Shown here: in pieces, positions 37,019 through 50,881 of the stretch
How the letters are laid out: each line of letters starts with the position of its first letter
Position numbering within the stretch: the stretch's first letter is position 1
Assembly: GCF_032444005.1 (NCBI RefSeq)
Contig: NC_091282.1
Coordinates: forward strand, 492,094,001-492,158,000
DNA: 64,000 bases
Reading direction: 5' to 3'
DNA from: Ranitomeya imitator
Lineage: Eukaryota
Program-made: the position numbers and the translations under genes
Notes under the pieces: generated by a model
Told to the model about the DNA's origin: nothing
Databases searched by the model: none
The model's input: only the letters and a program-made list of their open reading frames with translations

Positions 37019-37879
37019 CTGAAAGAAAAAAAATAAGAGCTACTTTATCCTGAATCATAAAAGCAATACCTACATAGAATGCCATACCCAAGACCTGAAT
37101 TACTAGATTCACTGCAACACATTAGCATTCTACATACTGTCAGGTCCATAATACAAGGACCCATAGCATCTCCCCAACCCATCCTCATGACCTCTTGAGG
37201 CACCCTGTATGATGAAGGGTGTTTTACAATATTATTAGAAAAAGAAAAAAAAGCAGAGTTTTTCTTGGGTCTAGAATTTTATTTTAATAAATCTATGGTT
37301 GAGGCAAAGCTGTAAGTCTCTAAAGTAATGTTTTACTTTTCTCTACAACTCTTAATTAGTAGTTAGTCTTATGGTATGCGTACAGACAGGTGCCACAGAC
37401 ATTTTTTTCCTGAGAAGTCTTTTTTAGCGCTTTATTTATGAGTGCTTTTTTTGTTCATTTTTGACTAAAAAGGTTTTTTTAAGCTTTTTCCTGCACTGGT
37501 ATTTTCCGGACATTTATTGAACTCCATTCAATAATTAAGAAACTGCTAGCACTTTTGAACCTTCCCTTTGACTTCTGTTATAAAGTAAAGTGGAAACACC
37601 TAAGAATAGTCAGGTCACTTCTTTTCACCGATAATCTGGAGCCTAAATATATGCACAGCAAGTTATTTTTACATAGAGATGCATATGTTCATTCTTTTAA
37701 GAGTTTAGTTAGCCCTCACATCTTCACGTCTTACATGATGTATTTTTCAGATGGATTCTGCTTGAAAAAGACATTGTGTACAGATAATGGTATAACTGTA
37801 CCATAGGCTGCCTTTTTCATATCTCCTGAAGTTTCATAGACTTGAATCTAGCGTTCATATAATCCAACAGTAGCCATAC

Positions 37880-37955
37880 CTTCCAAAACATTCTTCGATG
37901 CCTCTGATAAGGCTCCTTCAGGACTTTCAAGGAGATTCATCATCCAGTCAATAAA
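37880..37955 (-). CDS. FOCAD: Focadhesin coding exon
   Basis: tacag|TTT...GAAG|gtatgg, 76 nt. Translates FIDWMMNLLESPEGALSEASKNVLE. Confidence 0.95.
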
Positions 37956-38229
37956 CTGTATAAGAGAAAAAAAAAATAATGATTACGTCTCAAAAAGGGG
38001 AGTCATCAATTAAGGTTGAGTAGCTAAGAAATAATCTAGTAACTGGTATTTTATTAAGTTAAGTCAGCCTATATTCCGGAACATTACTTACAGAAAACTA
38101 AACAGATGCTTAAAGGGAAGGTACCGCGTTTGTAGATCATTAATGAATCAATGTAATGTAGCATAACATGCTGCTATAACAAAGATTGGATTGCATTTGA
38201 AACATATTTTGTGTGTTATAGGAGTTTAA

Positions 38230-41046
38230 CCCCTTAATCCCATATGACGTACTATCCCGTCGAGGTGGGGTGGGCCCGTATGACCACCGACGGGATAGTA
38301 CGTCATATGCAATCGGCCACGCTCACGGGGGGAGCGCGTCCGATCGTGGCCGGGTGTCAGGTGACTATTGCAGCTGACATCCGTCACGGACCGCTCCCGG
38401 CACATTAACCCCTGGAACACTGCGATCAAACATGATCACAGCGTTCCAGCAATACAGGGAAGCATCGCGCAGGGCTCTCTGCGTGCTTCCCTGAGACCGT
38501 CGGTACAAGGCGATGTGCTCACCTTGTACCGAGCGTGTCCTCCCTGCAGGCCCCAGATCCAAAATGGCCGCGGGGCTACATCCGGGTCCTGCAGGGAGGT
38601 GGCTTGCCAGCGCCTGCTCAGAGCAAGCACTGGTAAGCCTGCAGCACTGCTTGTCAGCAGATCAGTGATCTGACCCTATAACATGATGCCCCCCTGGGGN
38701 NNNNNNNNNNNNNNNNNNNNNNNNNNNNNNNNNNNNNNNNNNNNNNNNNNNNNNNNNNNNNNNNNNNNNNNNNNNNNNNNNNNNNNNNNNNNNNNNNNNN
38801 NNNNNNNNNNNNNNNNNNNNNNNNNNNNNNNNNNNNNNNNAAAAAAAATATTGTTCCCATAAATACATTTATCTAAATAATAAAAAAAACAAACAATAAA
38901 AGTACACATATTTAGCATCGCCGCGTCAGTAACGACCCCACCTACAAAACTGTCCCGCTAGATAACCCCTTCAAAGAATGCAGTAAAAAAAAAAAGGCAA
39001 AAAACAACGCTATATTATCATACTGCCGAGTGGAATAGCACGCGATCAAAAAGACAGATATAAATAACCATGGTACCGCTGAAAACGTCATCTTGTCCCG
39101 CAAAAAACGAGCCGCAATACAGCATCAGCAGCGAAAAAATAAAAAAGTTATAGTCCTCAGAATAAAGCAATGCAAAAATAATTATTTTTTCTATAAAATA
39201 GTTTTTATAGTATAAAAGCGCCAAAACATGAAAAATGATATAAATGAGGTGTCGCTGTAAACGTACTGATCCGAAGAATAAAACTGCTTTATCAATTTTA
39301 CCAAACATGGAACGATATAAACGCCCCCCCAAAAGAATTTCATGAATAGCTGGTTTTTGGTCATTCTGCCTCACAAAAATTGGAATAAAAAGCGATCAAA
39401 AAATGTCACGTGCCCGAAAATGTTACCAATAAAAACGTCAACTTGTCTCACAAAAAACAAGTCCTCACATGACTCTGTGGACCAAAATATGGAAAAATTA
39501 TAGCTCTCAAAATGTGGAGACGCAAAAACTATTTTTTGCAATAAAAAGCATCTTTTAGTGTGTGACGGCTGCCAATCATAAAAATCCGCTAAAAAACCCG
39601 CTATAAAAGTAAATCAAACCCCCCTTCATCACCCCCTTAGTTAGGGAAAAATAATAAAATTTAAAAAATGTATTTATTTCCATTTTCCCATTAGGGTTAG
39701 AGCTAGGGTTAGGGGTAGGGTTAAGGCTAGGGTTAGGGTTCGGGCTAAGGTTAGGGTTGGGATTAGGATTTCAGTTAGAATTGGGGGTTTCCACTGTTTA
39801 GGCACATCAGGGGCTCTCCAAACGTGACATGGCGTCCGATCTCAATTCCAGGCAATTCTGCATTGAAAAAGTAAAACAGTGCTCCTTCCCTTCCGAGCTC
39901 TCCCGTGTGCCCAAACAGTGGTTTACCCCCACATATGGGGTATCAGCGTACTCAGGACAAATAGGTCAACAACTTTTGGCATCCAATTTCTTCCCTTACC
40001 TTTGGGAAAATAAAAAATTGGGGGCGTAAAGATCATTTTTGTGGGGAAAAAATATGATTTTTTATTTTTACAGCTCTGCATTATAAACTTCTGTGAAGCT
40101 CTTGGTGGGTCAAAGTGCTCACCACATATCTAGATAAGTTCCTTAGGGGGTCTACTTTCCAAAATGGTGTCACTTGTAGGGGGTTTCAATGTTTAGGCAC
40201 ATCAGGGGCTCTCCAAACGCAACATGGCGTCCCATCTCAATTCCAGTCAATTTTGCATTGAAAAGTCAAACAGCGCTCCTTCCCTTCCGAGCTCTCCCAT
40301 CCGCCCAAACAGTGGTTTACCCCCACATATGGGGTATCGGTGTACTCAGGACAAATTGTGCAACAACTTTTGGGGTCCAATTTCTCCTGTTACCCTTGGT
40401 AAAATAAAACAAATTGGAGCTGAAGTAAATTTTTTGTGAAAAAAAGTGAAATGTTCATTTTTATTTAAACATTCCAAAAATTCCTGTAACACCTGAAGGG
40501 TTAATAAACTTCTTGAATGTGGTTTTGAGCACCTTGAGGGGTGCAGTTTTTAGAATGGTGTCACACTTGGTTATTTTCTATCATATAGACCCCTCAAAAT
40601 GACTTCACATGAGATGTAGTCTCTAAAAAAAATGGTGTTGTAAAAATGATAAATTGCTGGTCAACTTTTAACCCTTATATCTCCCTAGCAAAAAAAAAAG
40701 TGGGGCTACAATATTGTGCTGATGTGAAGTAGACATGTGGGAAATGTTACTTAAGTACTTTGTGTGACATATCTCTGTGAATTAAGGGCATAAAAATTCA
40801 AAGTTGCAAAATTGTGAAATTTACAAAATTTTCACCAAATTTCCATTTTTTTCACAAATAAACTAAGGTAATATCAAAGATATTGTACCACTATCATGAA
40901 GTACAGTATGTCATGAGAAAACAATGTCAGAATCATCAGGATCCGTTGAAGTGTTCCAGAGTTATAACCTCATAAAGGGACGGTGGTCAGAATTGTAAAA
41001 ATTGGCCTGATCATTAACGTGCAAACCACCCTTGGGGCTTAAGGGG
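38230..41046. mobile_element. piggyBac-type non-autonomous element (family A, reverse orientation) in a FOCAD intron
   Basis: TTAA at 38226-38229 and 41047-41050; CCCCTT/AAGGGG ends. Spans the assembly gap. Confidence 0.85.
38700..38840. other. Assembly gap (141 N)
   Basis: Run of n characters inside a repetitive element. Confidence 1.
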
Positions 41047-44000
41047 TTAAAGAAGGCACTGGTGGCTGACATCTTGGTTTCACAGCAGTAGCAGGACACT
41101 GTCAGTGTCATAATAGGGCACCCCATGGTCATAGGAGATAACAGACAGACACCGACCCTATCTATTGTAATAGAACTGTCACTACTGTGAACCGTGCACG
41201 CCTCTGTGGGCTGCACAATTCACAGTAGTGGGAGTGATCTGCTGCCATATTCATGGAGCCCTCAGCTGTAGATTTGTCTCCTGTCATTAGGATCTGCTAA
41301 CAGAAGCATTACAGCTTCAGAACAGATCCTAGATTCACAGGAGTAAAATGCAGGAGAAAAGCCCGACACTGCAGGCAGAGTATCAGAGACTGCAAAGACA
41401 TCAAGGACTAACATTGTAGGATCAGCATTATCATTACTGGAGCTGTCTGTGACTCATCCCTCAAGAACATAAGAAGGAGCTGAGGGTCTGCAGTGAAGGG
41501 CCAGGCTTTGTGGAGGGAGGGGAGAGATACATTAGTATGGCTGAGAGAGACTGATGGGAGAGAAAGAGAGAAGGAGAGTATGTTGCTCTGTAAACAAGCT
41601 ATGCGTCCGATGCAAAAAATGGTCTGTGATGCTACTCTTCATTCTGCCCCAGGGATACTAGACCACCCAAAAGGGGAGGGAAATGGTGATGTCAGCAGTT
41701 ACTGCCCCAATTTTTCAGCTAACAGTAAAGCTGGCAAGTCTCACTGTAGCTGCGTGAGGTCTAAAACGGAAAATGCTCCCCCTAGTGGTAAATATATATA
41801 TTTGTAAGAAAATATATAATATTTTTCATATAGAAATGTTTGCAAACAGTGCAAACATTGCATTAACACATTTTAATTACTATTTCTGGTGGCACCTTCC
41901 CTTTAAAGGAGTTGTCTGAAATGGATAGGCCATAAATCTCAGATCAGTGGGGGATGGAGAACTTGCACCTACACTAATTAGCTATGAACAGAGGCAAACA
42001 TCACAGCATAGCTGTGGCTTTTGTCACTAACTGCAATTGATCTCATATTATTTCACCCCGTACACAGGTGACATTGCTACTATGGCTTTCCCTGTTGCGA
42101 CACTACTGACTTCAGAGGACATGAAGGAAAACAAATGCCGTAGAAATACTATGTAATTGGACTCATGCCACATGTTACAATTTTCATTGTGCATCCAAAC
42201 AACTGTGTAATAAAACATTCTAGGTATTCTACGTTTTAACAGAGTGCTTGAAGAGCGCACGGATTTATCTTCTTTTTTCTTTAGAGAGACACCCAGTGTA
42301 TGCATTGCGTTCTACTCAGTGTAGCAGGACCTGCAGCCAGGGGCATCACTACATATTTTACAGCAGGGCAATACTACGGGCCTGTTTCACACATCAGTTT
42401 TTAGCCAACAGGCACAAGCTAATTTTGGAAAAAAAAAAGGATTTGTTGCAAATTGTGAAAAACTGATGCGTCGGATGTGTTTTTCTGCTGGATCAGTTTT
42501 TTTCTTTAAACCCGGGGATAGAGTTTGGACTTCCTGTTCCAGGAGGGAGAGTGAGAGGGAGAGAGTATCCATCGCTGTGCGGTTTTTCGCCGGACAGAAA
42601 AAAACGTTCCTCTGTACGTTTTCTCCGGCCGCTGGAAAACTAATTTTTGACAGATCCGGCAAAAGACGGATGAAAAATGAGGAAAAAAAAAATTTGTATT
42701 TACCAAAATAGGGGAAGTTATGCACAAGGGTCAAAAATGACGCCACGCTAATTATATAGGTCAATAAGACTGTAACTGAAAACAGGAGATATATAATGAT
42801 GGCGGATACAGTGGGGAATCTAGGGATAATCATGGTTGGCTCACTTCCGTAAGTGGCAAAGTTGTGCATGCAGACACGAATGTGTCCTGGGAACAGTTGG
42901 ATAGCGTTGCAGCAGAAGCCGACACCAATGGCTATTTAGCGAATGCTGGCATGTATTGTGTCTGAGGTGGATTCAGATAAAACAGGTCGGCGCTGTCATA
43001 TAGGCTAGGGAGCCAACTGGAGTATATATATGAGAAGGAGATGAACAGATACAATTAGTGTATGTAGACATAAGAAAATGCAGGATTACTTATCTCTTAG
43101 GGTGTTAGTCTGCTCACATCCAATGGCGATCGCGCAGTTGTGGAAACAGGTCGAGCGGTACCCAGGAGCATATAAGAGACGCAGCTGTGGGAGCCAGCGT
43201 TGGTGGACTAGTGGGAGCCGCTGGTACACGTGTGTCAGAGCGCGGGGTAGTTAAGGCAGTGAGGGCTGCGCTTCCATAAAAGGCCCTGGTTGGTCATGTG
43301 GCTGGGAGTGGCGGCAGTGGGTTAGCGAATCCACAGGTGTGTCATAGGGCAGCGTGTTACTAGGTGGTCAGAGATGGTCATGTGACCGGGGGCGGCGCCC
43401 GCACAGTGGATAGAGCGATATGCTAAAAGAATGTGTGTAACTTATATGGCATGCAGTTATGTAGAGGCCGTCAGGTACAATACACATAATCAGATGTTAA
43501 TATCTTATGGAGAACATGCCCCAAAATGATAGGGGAGTATCATAATAGATAATATAAGGAGATATACATTTATGAAATGCAGTGATAGAAAGAGGAATAA
43601 TCATATGGAAACAATTGATAAATATGCAAATAAAGTAGGAGTCCAAACTAAAAATGGGGGGTTGATGTAAATGGAGGTAACAAAACAAGGGGGGGGGGGA
43701 TTAAAGGAGAAAATAGTAGTAAAAAAAAGTTGAAAAATGAAATAACATTAAGAAAAAAAAATGAAGAAAAATAAATAAAAATAGAGATAAAAAAAATAAA
43801 GATAGAAAATGAAAAAAAGAAAAAATGAAAAAATAAAAATAAAATTTTAAGTTAAAATGATGAGAACCCAGTGGGGGCTGTGAGTCTCCAGCGCTAATAC
43901 AACTCTACGAGAAAAAAATGGATCAGGCAGCAACTTTTGCCACATCCGTTTTTTTGCAAAATTAGCCGGTTTGTGCAAAAACCTGATGTGTAAAAGGGGC

Positions 44001-44090
44001 CTTACTATTTTTTGACAAATATTTTTACCCAGGACAAAATAGCTTGCAATACATAATATTTTTCATACTAGGAATAGGTCATAACAATCG

Positions 44091-45247
44091 TGTCACGGGT
44101 TTACCGTGAGAGAAAGGAGCCAGAAGACCACGCCGCCTGATTTCTCCTACAATGCTCTCCTGCACTGATTAGAAGCACTTCACCATCATATTAAACAGTG
44201 TAGATTTGTTTTTGCAAGGCAGGGGTTAGGCTGCTTTCACACATCATGCTTTTGGTTTCAGGCACAATCTGGCAAATTTGCTAAAAAACGAGAGAGAGAG
44301 AGAGAGATTTATCCATGCTAGAATCAAAACAAAGCTTCTGGGCATGCTCAGTGTGTTAAAAACGGATTCGGTCGCCGGAAATATTCTTTCACACATCAGT
44401 TCCATGCGTTTATTGCCGGAAACGTCCCTTCAGGCTTTTTCGCCGGACACAAAAAACGTTGCAGGAGACGTTTTTTGTATCCGGCAAAAAAGCCTGAAGG
44501 GATGGATCCAGCACAAAACGGATGAAACGCATGTCCTTCAGGCACAATCCGGCAGTAATACAACTCTATGGGGAAAAAACGGATCAGGCATCAGAAAAAA
44601 AACTGATCCAGATTGTGCCTGAAACTGCCGGATTGTGCCTGAAACCAAAAACCTGATGTGTGAAAGCAGCCTTAATCTGTTCAGTTGAGAGCTCCTGGGT
44701 GCTTGATTGGATGCTTGCTTGGCTAATGCTCTCAGCTGTTCAGATCTGGCCACTCTCCTCTCTTATTTAAACAGGCCTCAGATAATCAGGAAATGCCAGA
44801 GTTAGCTTTCATACTGCATGGTACAGGAGCTTGGAGGAGTTTGCTTGTTTGGGGATTCGTTTGGTGGATTTACCTTGTGACTGTTGCTTGACTTTGGTTG
44901 TGTGCGAATCTGTTTCTTCTCCTCCTTTGGTTTTGCCCTTCCTTCACTCCGCGGTGTCTCCCTCTGTTTGTGTGAGTGTATATTTTTGTATGATTGGTAT
45001 TTTCCTTTTCCCTGTTCATATTACCTTGTTAGTCTGGTTGGTGTATTACCATATACTACTACTCCCCACTTCCCTGAGGGAGGGGGAACAGACCAAGGGA
45101 GGATTCAGGAGTTCAGCAAGGTACGTTGTCCCGGCACCCTCACCATCAGAAGTACCCTGGGGAACAGGGATAGATAGGGCGCCCCCTAGCGCTAGAGACA
45201 GGGTAGGAGCCCCTGGCCCCAGAATACCCAACAACAGAGACGTGAAA
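44091..45247 (+). mobile_element. Probable solo LTR of a Gypsy element
   Basis: TGTCACG...CGTGAAA (a near-inverted end), TATTTAA box, and ATCG/AGCG flanks that could be an imperfect 4-bp TSD. Confidence 0.5.
44229..44671. mobile_element. PIF/Harbinger-type MITE nested in a probable solo LTR
   Basis: TTA-GGCTGCTTTCACACATC...GATGTGTGAAAGCAGCC-TTA. Confidence 0.85.
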
Positions 45248-46189
45248 AGCGTTCACGATTTATGCAATTTATCCTATTTCCTTCCAGTAGCAAGGCCTCC
45301 AGTGCAGTGGCCGCAAGGCTTTAGAATGCTATTAACCTTCAGATTAACCCCATATCTGCAGGTTAACAGTGTTTTGGAGCATGATAGGTTATCGTTAACC
45401 TCCACTCTATTTATTATCTCTTGGCTTGCCAGAATTTGGCGAGTACTGCCATATGATGGCAGTCACAGTAGTCTGACAGTTTGGACACCTCTGAGGTTCA
45501 TAGTTCTGCAGTAGAAGGGCAACTTAGTGAACGGTGAGGCGACCATCCATTTGTGCAGGCACAAAATTTGCTAGCCCGCTCCTGATGTCACATAAACAGT
45601 CAGCAACCGTTCAGGTGAACAAGATGTAAATCACCTGAATAGGTAATGTATCACTAAGTGCTTTCTTCTGCTGAGAGCACTTCACATTTCATTGGCATAC
45701 TGCGAACATTGTAGATTTCTCCAAATTCATGGTTCAAATGCATGTATCTTTCCATGGGCTACATGCCCATACGGTCGGGGGTGTGTGTGTGTGTGTGGAG
45801 GAGAGGTGGGGTTGAAAGTGCTGATAGTTTCCCTTTATTTGCATCAATTTGCTCATTCTTTCCAGTCTTCTGATGACTTATTATAATATGTACATTATTC
45901 CCTATGTTTTAAATACAGCCAAGTAGTGTATGCTTGTGCCTACTTACAGACTCTATGAGAAGGTCTTAAAAGAGTTACAAAGCAGTCTGCTAAGCAAAGT
46001 CAGGCGGTTCTAATCCACATCAAGAAGAGTTAGACTTCTCCCACCCTTCTGCTATATATTGGCGCCCGAAAGAGCAGAAGACAGAGGTATTGTTCCCTGC
46101 TTTTAGGGTGTCTGAAGGACACAAAGTGTTAAAGCTAGCTCAATACAAGCAATATATAGCAATTCAATAATACATGGGATGTACTGTAC

Positions 46190-46432
46190 CTTCTGAGCAT
46201 GTGCCTTCCAAGGTTCTTTGGCTAATAGGGACTGTAAGCTTGCTGGTAATGCAGTAAAACATTCATGTACAGTCAAAATGTCCATAGACTGCTTGCCCAA
46301 AGAACCAGGGGTAAATGGTGATTCCTGGTTCCATGCCAACCACCTGCCATGAATCCCAAGGATTAAGGGTGTAGCATGATCACCCCAGGTCACTACTGAC
46401 GCAGCAAAAACATACAGCAGGAAGTCCACTCC
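46190..46432 (-). CDS. FOCAD: Focadhesin coding exon
   Basis: tttag|GGA...CAGAAG|gtacag, 243 nt. Translates GVDFLLYVFAASVVTWGDHATPLILG...LLAKEPWKAHAQK. Confidence 0.95.
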
Positions 46433-46607
46433 CTAAATAAGAAGACATACTAATGTAATTATAAAAATCTGCCAAAAATACAATCCAAAAACATAAAGGA
46501 AATAAAACCTACAAAACCATCAGTTGATATTCACAAATTGTGGTCTATAGTTTGCATAAAAATAGGACATTTTTCCATTTACTGTACATGGCATACATTT
46601 TCTTTAC

Positions 46608-46705
46608 CTTACTCAGAAGAACATTTTGCAAAGGCGTGGACTTATAAGCTATGTTTCTTATGTAACTGATTAAATCCAGCAGCCAGTCCAATCGCTTTAA
46701 AATTC
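46608..46705 (-). CDS. FOCAD: Focadhesin coding exon
   Basis: ttacag|GA...AGTAAG|gtaaag, 98 nt. Translates GILKRLDWLLDLISYIRNIAYKSTPLQNVLLSK. Confidence 0.95.
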
Positions 46706-47263
46706 CTGTAAGAGTCAAGAAATAAACCACAAGATTGTGTGGCAAATATTCATAAATACATATCCTGTTACATTATAAAAAGATGCGATAGACTCCCTCC
46801 TCCACCAGTGAATTCACCAGTATCTGCATCCCAGAGATGCAGATACCAGTAAAGCGGGCCATGTGGCGTAATACGCCAGGCCACAGGCCACACTTTGCCC
46901 AGGGATGCGCCAATGGTGATTTGTAGGTAGAGGGGTAGGCACAGAGAGTGAGTGTGAGACAGATATAGCTCTACCTCTATAAAACAATAAAAGACGACAA
47001 TGGTGGCTGCTGGTCTTTTAAAGGGAGCAATAAATTAAATATAAGTAATATGTGTTTGGAAGGGGTTCTTACAGTCAGTTAATTTTTCATTTTTTTCTAT
47101 CTATGCCTAGAAAAGCCAATTAAGTTGTAAATAAACACTAACAACACTTCCTATCAATATTGCCATTTTCATTGGTTTATTACAAACTTGGTGGGGATCA
47201 CACTGCTTTATCTTTCGTTGGAAAGTGGTAAAAATGTTCTGGCTTCAAAGACCCTTAACCTAA

Positions 47264-47770
47264 GGCTGTGGTCACACTATCAGTATTTGGTCAGTTTTTT
47301 ACCTCGGTATCTGTAAGCCAAAACCAGGAGTGGCTGATAATACAGAAGTGGTGACGGGTTTCTATTAGGGTATGTGCACACGTCAGGATTTCTGGCAGAA
47401 ATTTTCCTGACAAAAAACGGACATTTCTGCCAGAAATCCGCATGCGGTTTTTTTTTTTTGCGTTTTTGATGCGTTTTTTCCAAGTGCATAGAATGGCGGG
47501 GAAAACGCAGAAAATCCGCAAAATTAATGAGCATGCTGCTTTTTTTTACCGCGATGTGTTTTTTTCCACGAAATCATGTGAACAAAAACTGCAGAATGCA
47601 TTCTAAATGATAGGATGCATTATGCATGCGTTTTTATAGCGTTTTTATAGCGAAAAAAACGCGAAAACACCTGAACGTGTGCACATACCCTTATACTTTG
47701 CTTCACTCCTGGTTTTGGCTACAAATACTGATGTAAAATATGACTAAATACTGAACATAAGAACATGGCC
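47264..47770. mobile_element. Harbinger-type MITE containing a second MITE (47368-47690)
   Basis: Outer element has TAA flanks. Inner element is TTA-GGGTATGTGCACACGT...ACGTGTGCACATACCC-TTA. Confidence 0.85.
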
Positions 47771-49480
47771 TAATACACCAGATGAAACATATGCTATATT
47801 TCTGCAAGACAGATTGCATTTAACCCCTTAGCATCCAATGACAGACACAGTCAGTCATTGGACGCCTCCTCCTGTTTCATCGCCAGAGCCCGCACCTTTT
47901 CCGGCGCATGATAGCTGATCTGATCAGCTGACATGTGCCCTTAACAGCCGCGGGTGGAATCGGGATTCACCCGCGGCTGTTAACATGTTAAATGCCGCTG
48001 TCAAACCCTGACAGCGGCATTTAACATGCACGCATGCGTCATTACCTCCTCCCATCGGCGCCCGTGTCACATGACCGTGGGTCTCTGAAGGGTTGGCATG
48101 ACAACCCGGAGCAGCAGGAGACCCCTGTGTCTGTCATAACCAAATAGCTATGAGTGCCGCCCAGCGGTTGGTGCTCATAGCAAGTGAGCAGCCCTGCTCT
48201 ATGTAACACAAGGGATCGTATGATCGCAGCTTCTAGTCTCCCATGGGGACTATTGAAACAAGTAAAAATTAAAAAAAAATATATATAAATGTTCAAATCA
48301 CCCCCCTTTTGCCCCATTCAAAAAAAATGTTAAAAAAATCAAATCTAAACATACAGCTCTGGCAAAAATTAAGAAACCACTGCACAGTTTTATAAAAATC
48401 AGCTTCTCTACATGTCTGACAGCCATTCCATTCCAGTGTCAGTTGAATTCCAACCAGAGTACATACACCTCATTATTCTTAATGTGCTTCTGATTAGGTG
48501 ATCACCTGAACCAAATCTTATTTAATGAAGGAAAGTATAAAAAAAACTGCTGTGGTGTTCACAATTCTCTTGCAATAAGACAAACTGGATGGCAAAACAA
48601 GTGCTAGTAATATCCCAAAAGTAATAGGAACGAAAAAATAACTTTTAACCATGCCAATGGAGTTGAAAAAGTCTTGAGAGGAAAAGAAGGGCTCAATTCT
48701 GGCTTCACTAGCAGAGGGATACAGTGAGCATCATGTTGCCTCCACCCTTAAAATTTCTAAGATGGCAGTCCATTACAACAAGGTCAACCAGCAGACATTG
48801 GGGACAACAAAGCTACAGACCGGCAGAAGGCGAAAACGACCCTCCACTGACTGCGATGACGTCACCTTATTCGAATGTCACTCACCAACCGCAGGATGAC
48901 ATCAAGTGACCTACAAAAGGACTGGCAAATAGCAGCTGGGGTGAAGTGCACAGCAAGAACAGTTCGTACAAGCTCCTAGAGGCAGGGCTCAAATCATGTA
49001 AAGCTAGAAAAAAGCCTTTCAGCAATGAGAAGCAAAGGAGAGCCAGGCTGAAGTTTGCCAAAGACCATAAGGATTGGACCATAGAGGACTGGAGTAAGGT
49101 AATCTTCTCTGATGAGTCTTATTTTCAGATTTGCCCAACACCTGGTCATCTAATGGTTAGACAAAAACCTGGAGAGGCGTAGAAGGCACAGTGTCTTGCA
49201 CCCACTGTGAAATTTGGTGGAGGATCGGTGATGATCTGGGGATGCTTCGGCAAGGCTGGAATTGGGCAGGTTAATATTTGCGAAGGACGCATGAATCAAG
49301 CCGCATACAAGGTTATCCTGGAAAAACAGTTGATTCCTTCTGCTCAGGCAATGTTCCCCAACTCTGGTTTTTCCAGCAGGACAATGCGCCATGCCACACA
49401 GTTAGGTCAATCAATGTGTGGATGAAGGACCACCACATCAAATCCCTGTCGTTGCCAGCCAAATCTACAGACCTGAATTA

Positions 49481-49900
49481 GGCTACTTTCACACTGGCGT
49501 TTTTTGCCAGACGTTGCAATGCGTCGTTTATGGCAAAAAACGCATCCTGCAAAGTTGTTTGCAGGATGCGCTTTTGCCCCATAGATTAACACTAGCGACG
49601 CATTGCGACGCTTTGCCACACATCGCAAACGTCGTGCGACGGTTGCGCCGTGTTGTGGTGGACCGCCGGGAGCAAAAAACGTTACATGTAACGTTTTTTG
49701 CTCCTGACAGACCGCTTTTTCCGACCGCGCATGCGCGGCCGGAACTCCGCCCCCACCTCCCCGCACCTCACAATGGGGCAGCGGATGCGCCGGAGAAATG
49801 CATCCGCTGCCCCCGTTGTGCAGTGCGTTAAACGCTAGCGTCGGAATCTCTGCCCGACGCATTGCGACGGGGAGATTTCGACGCTAGTGTGAAAGTAGCC
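49481..49900. mobile_element. PIF/Harbinger-type MITE inside Tc1
   Basis: TTA-GGCTACTTTCACACT...AGTGTGAAAGTAGCC-TTA. Confidence 0.88.
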
Positions 49901-49937
49901 TTAGTCACAAGCCATCAAACAAAGAAGAACTGCTTAA

Positions 49938-50881
49938 CCCCTTAATGACAGCCAATTCGCCTTTTAACTGACCTGAGATATAAGAGGATAGCCTCCCCAT
50001 ACAGGTGACAATCCAGCAGCTGTCGGCTGTACACTGTAGCTGACAACTTTCTGCATCAGCCACGATCAGTGTTTGCACCGTCCAAATCTGTTTAACCCCT
50101 TAGATGCTGCTGTCAATAGTGACTACATCATTATAAATGGTTAACAGAGTGTTTCCTATTTAACCATATTGGTGCCCTCAGATCTTGATTTTGTGGTCCT
50201 GATGTTTGCGGTGGCAATTCATGACCAAATAGCGGCCTTAGAGTCTGACGGCTGTAGTAATCTGTTCAGAAGTTAGAGGCATTTAGGTGGTAAAAATACA
50301 CATTTTCATTTCTGTCATGCCACTTTGCATTAATTCCTGTAAAGCACCTGAAGGGTTAATAAACTACAGCAGTTTTTGATATGTCAGGGGGTGCTGTTTT
50401 TTAAAATGGTATCACGTTTGGGGGTTTCCCAATATATGAGACCCCTAAAGTCACTTCAAACATGTTTAAGTCCCTAAAAAATAAATTTAGTAAATTTCCT
50501 TGAAAAAATGAAAAAAAACTGCTACATTTTTAAACCTAAAATGCTAAAAAAATAAAATAACATTTTACAAATTATGCTGATGTAAAGCAGACATGTAGGA
50601 AATGTTATTTATTAATATTTTTGTGGTATGACCATCTGTATTAAAGGGATAATCATTCAAATTTTGAAAATTGCTAATTTTTTTACATTTTTCTCAGATT
50701 TTTGATATTTTTTATAAATAAACACAAAACATATTGACCTAAATTTACCATTATCATAAAGTATAATGTGTCATGAAAAAACAGTCTCAAAATCACTGGG
50801 ATTTGTTGAAGCATTGCAGAGTTATTACCACATAAAGTGACACTGGTCAAATTTCAAAAATTTGGCTCCGTCACTAAGGGG
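49938..50881. mobile_element. piggyBac-type non-autonomous element inside the Tc1 transposase gene
   Basis: TTAA at 49934-49937 and 50882-50885; CCCCTT/AAGGGG ends. Confidence 0.9.

Noticed and set aside
38654-38918. ORFs containing X runs
   Set aside because: Artefacts of the N gap.
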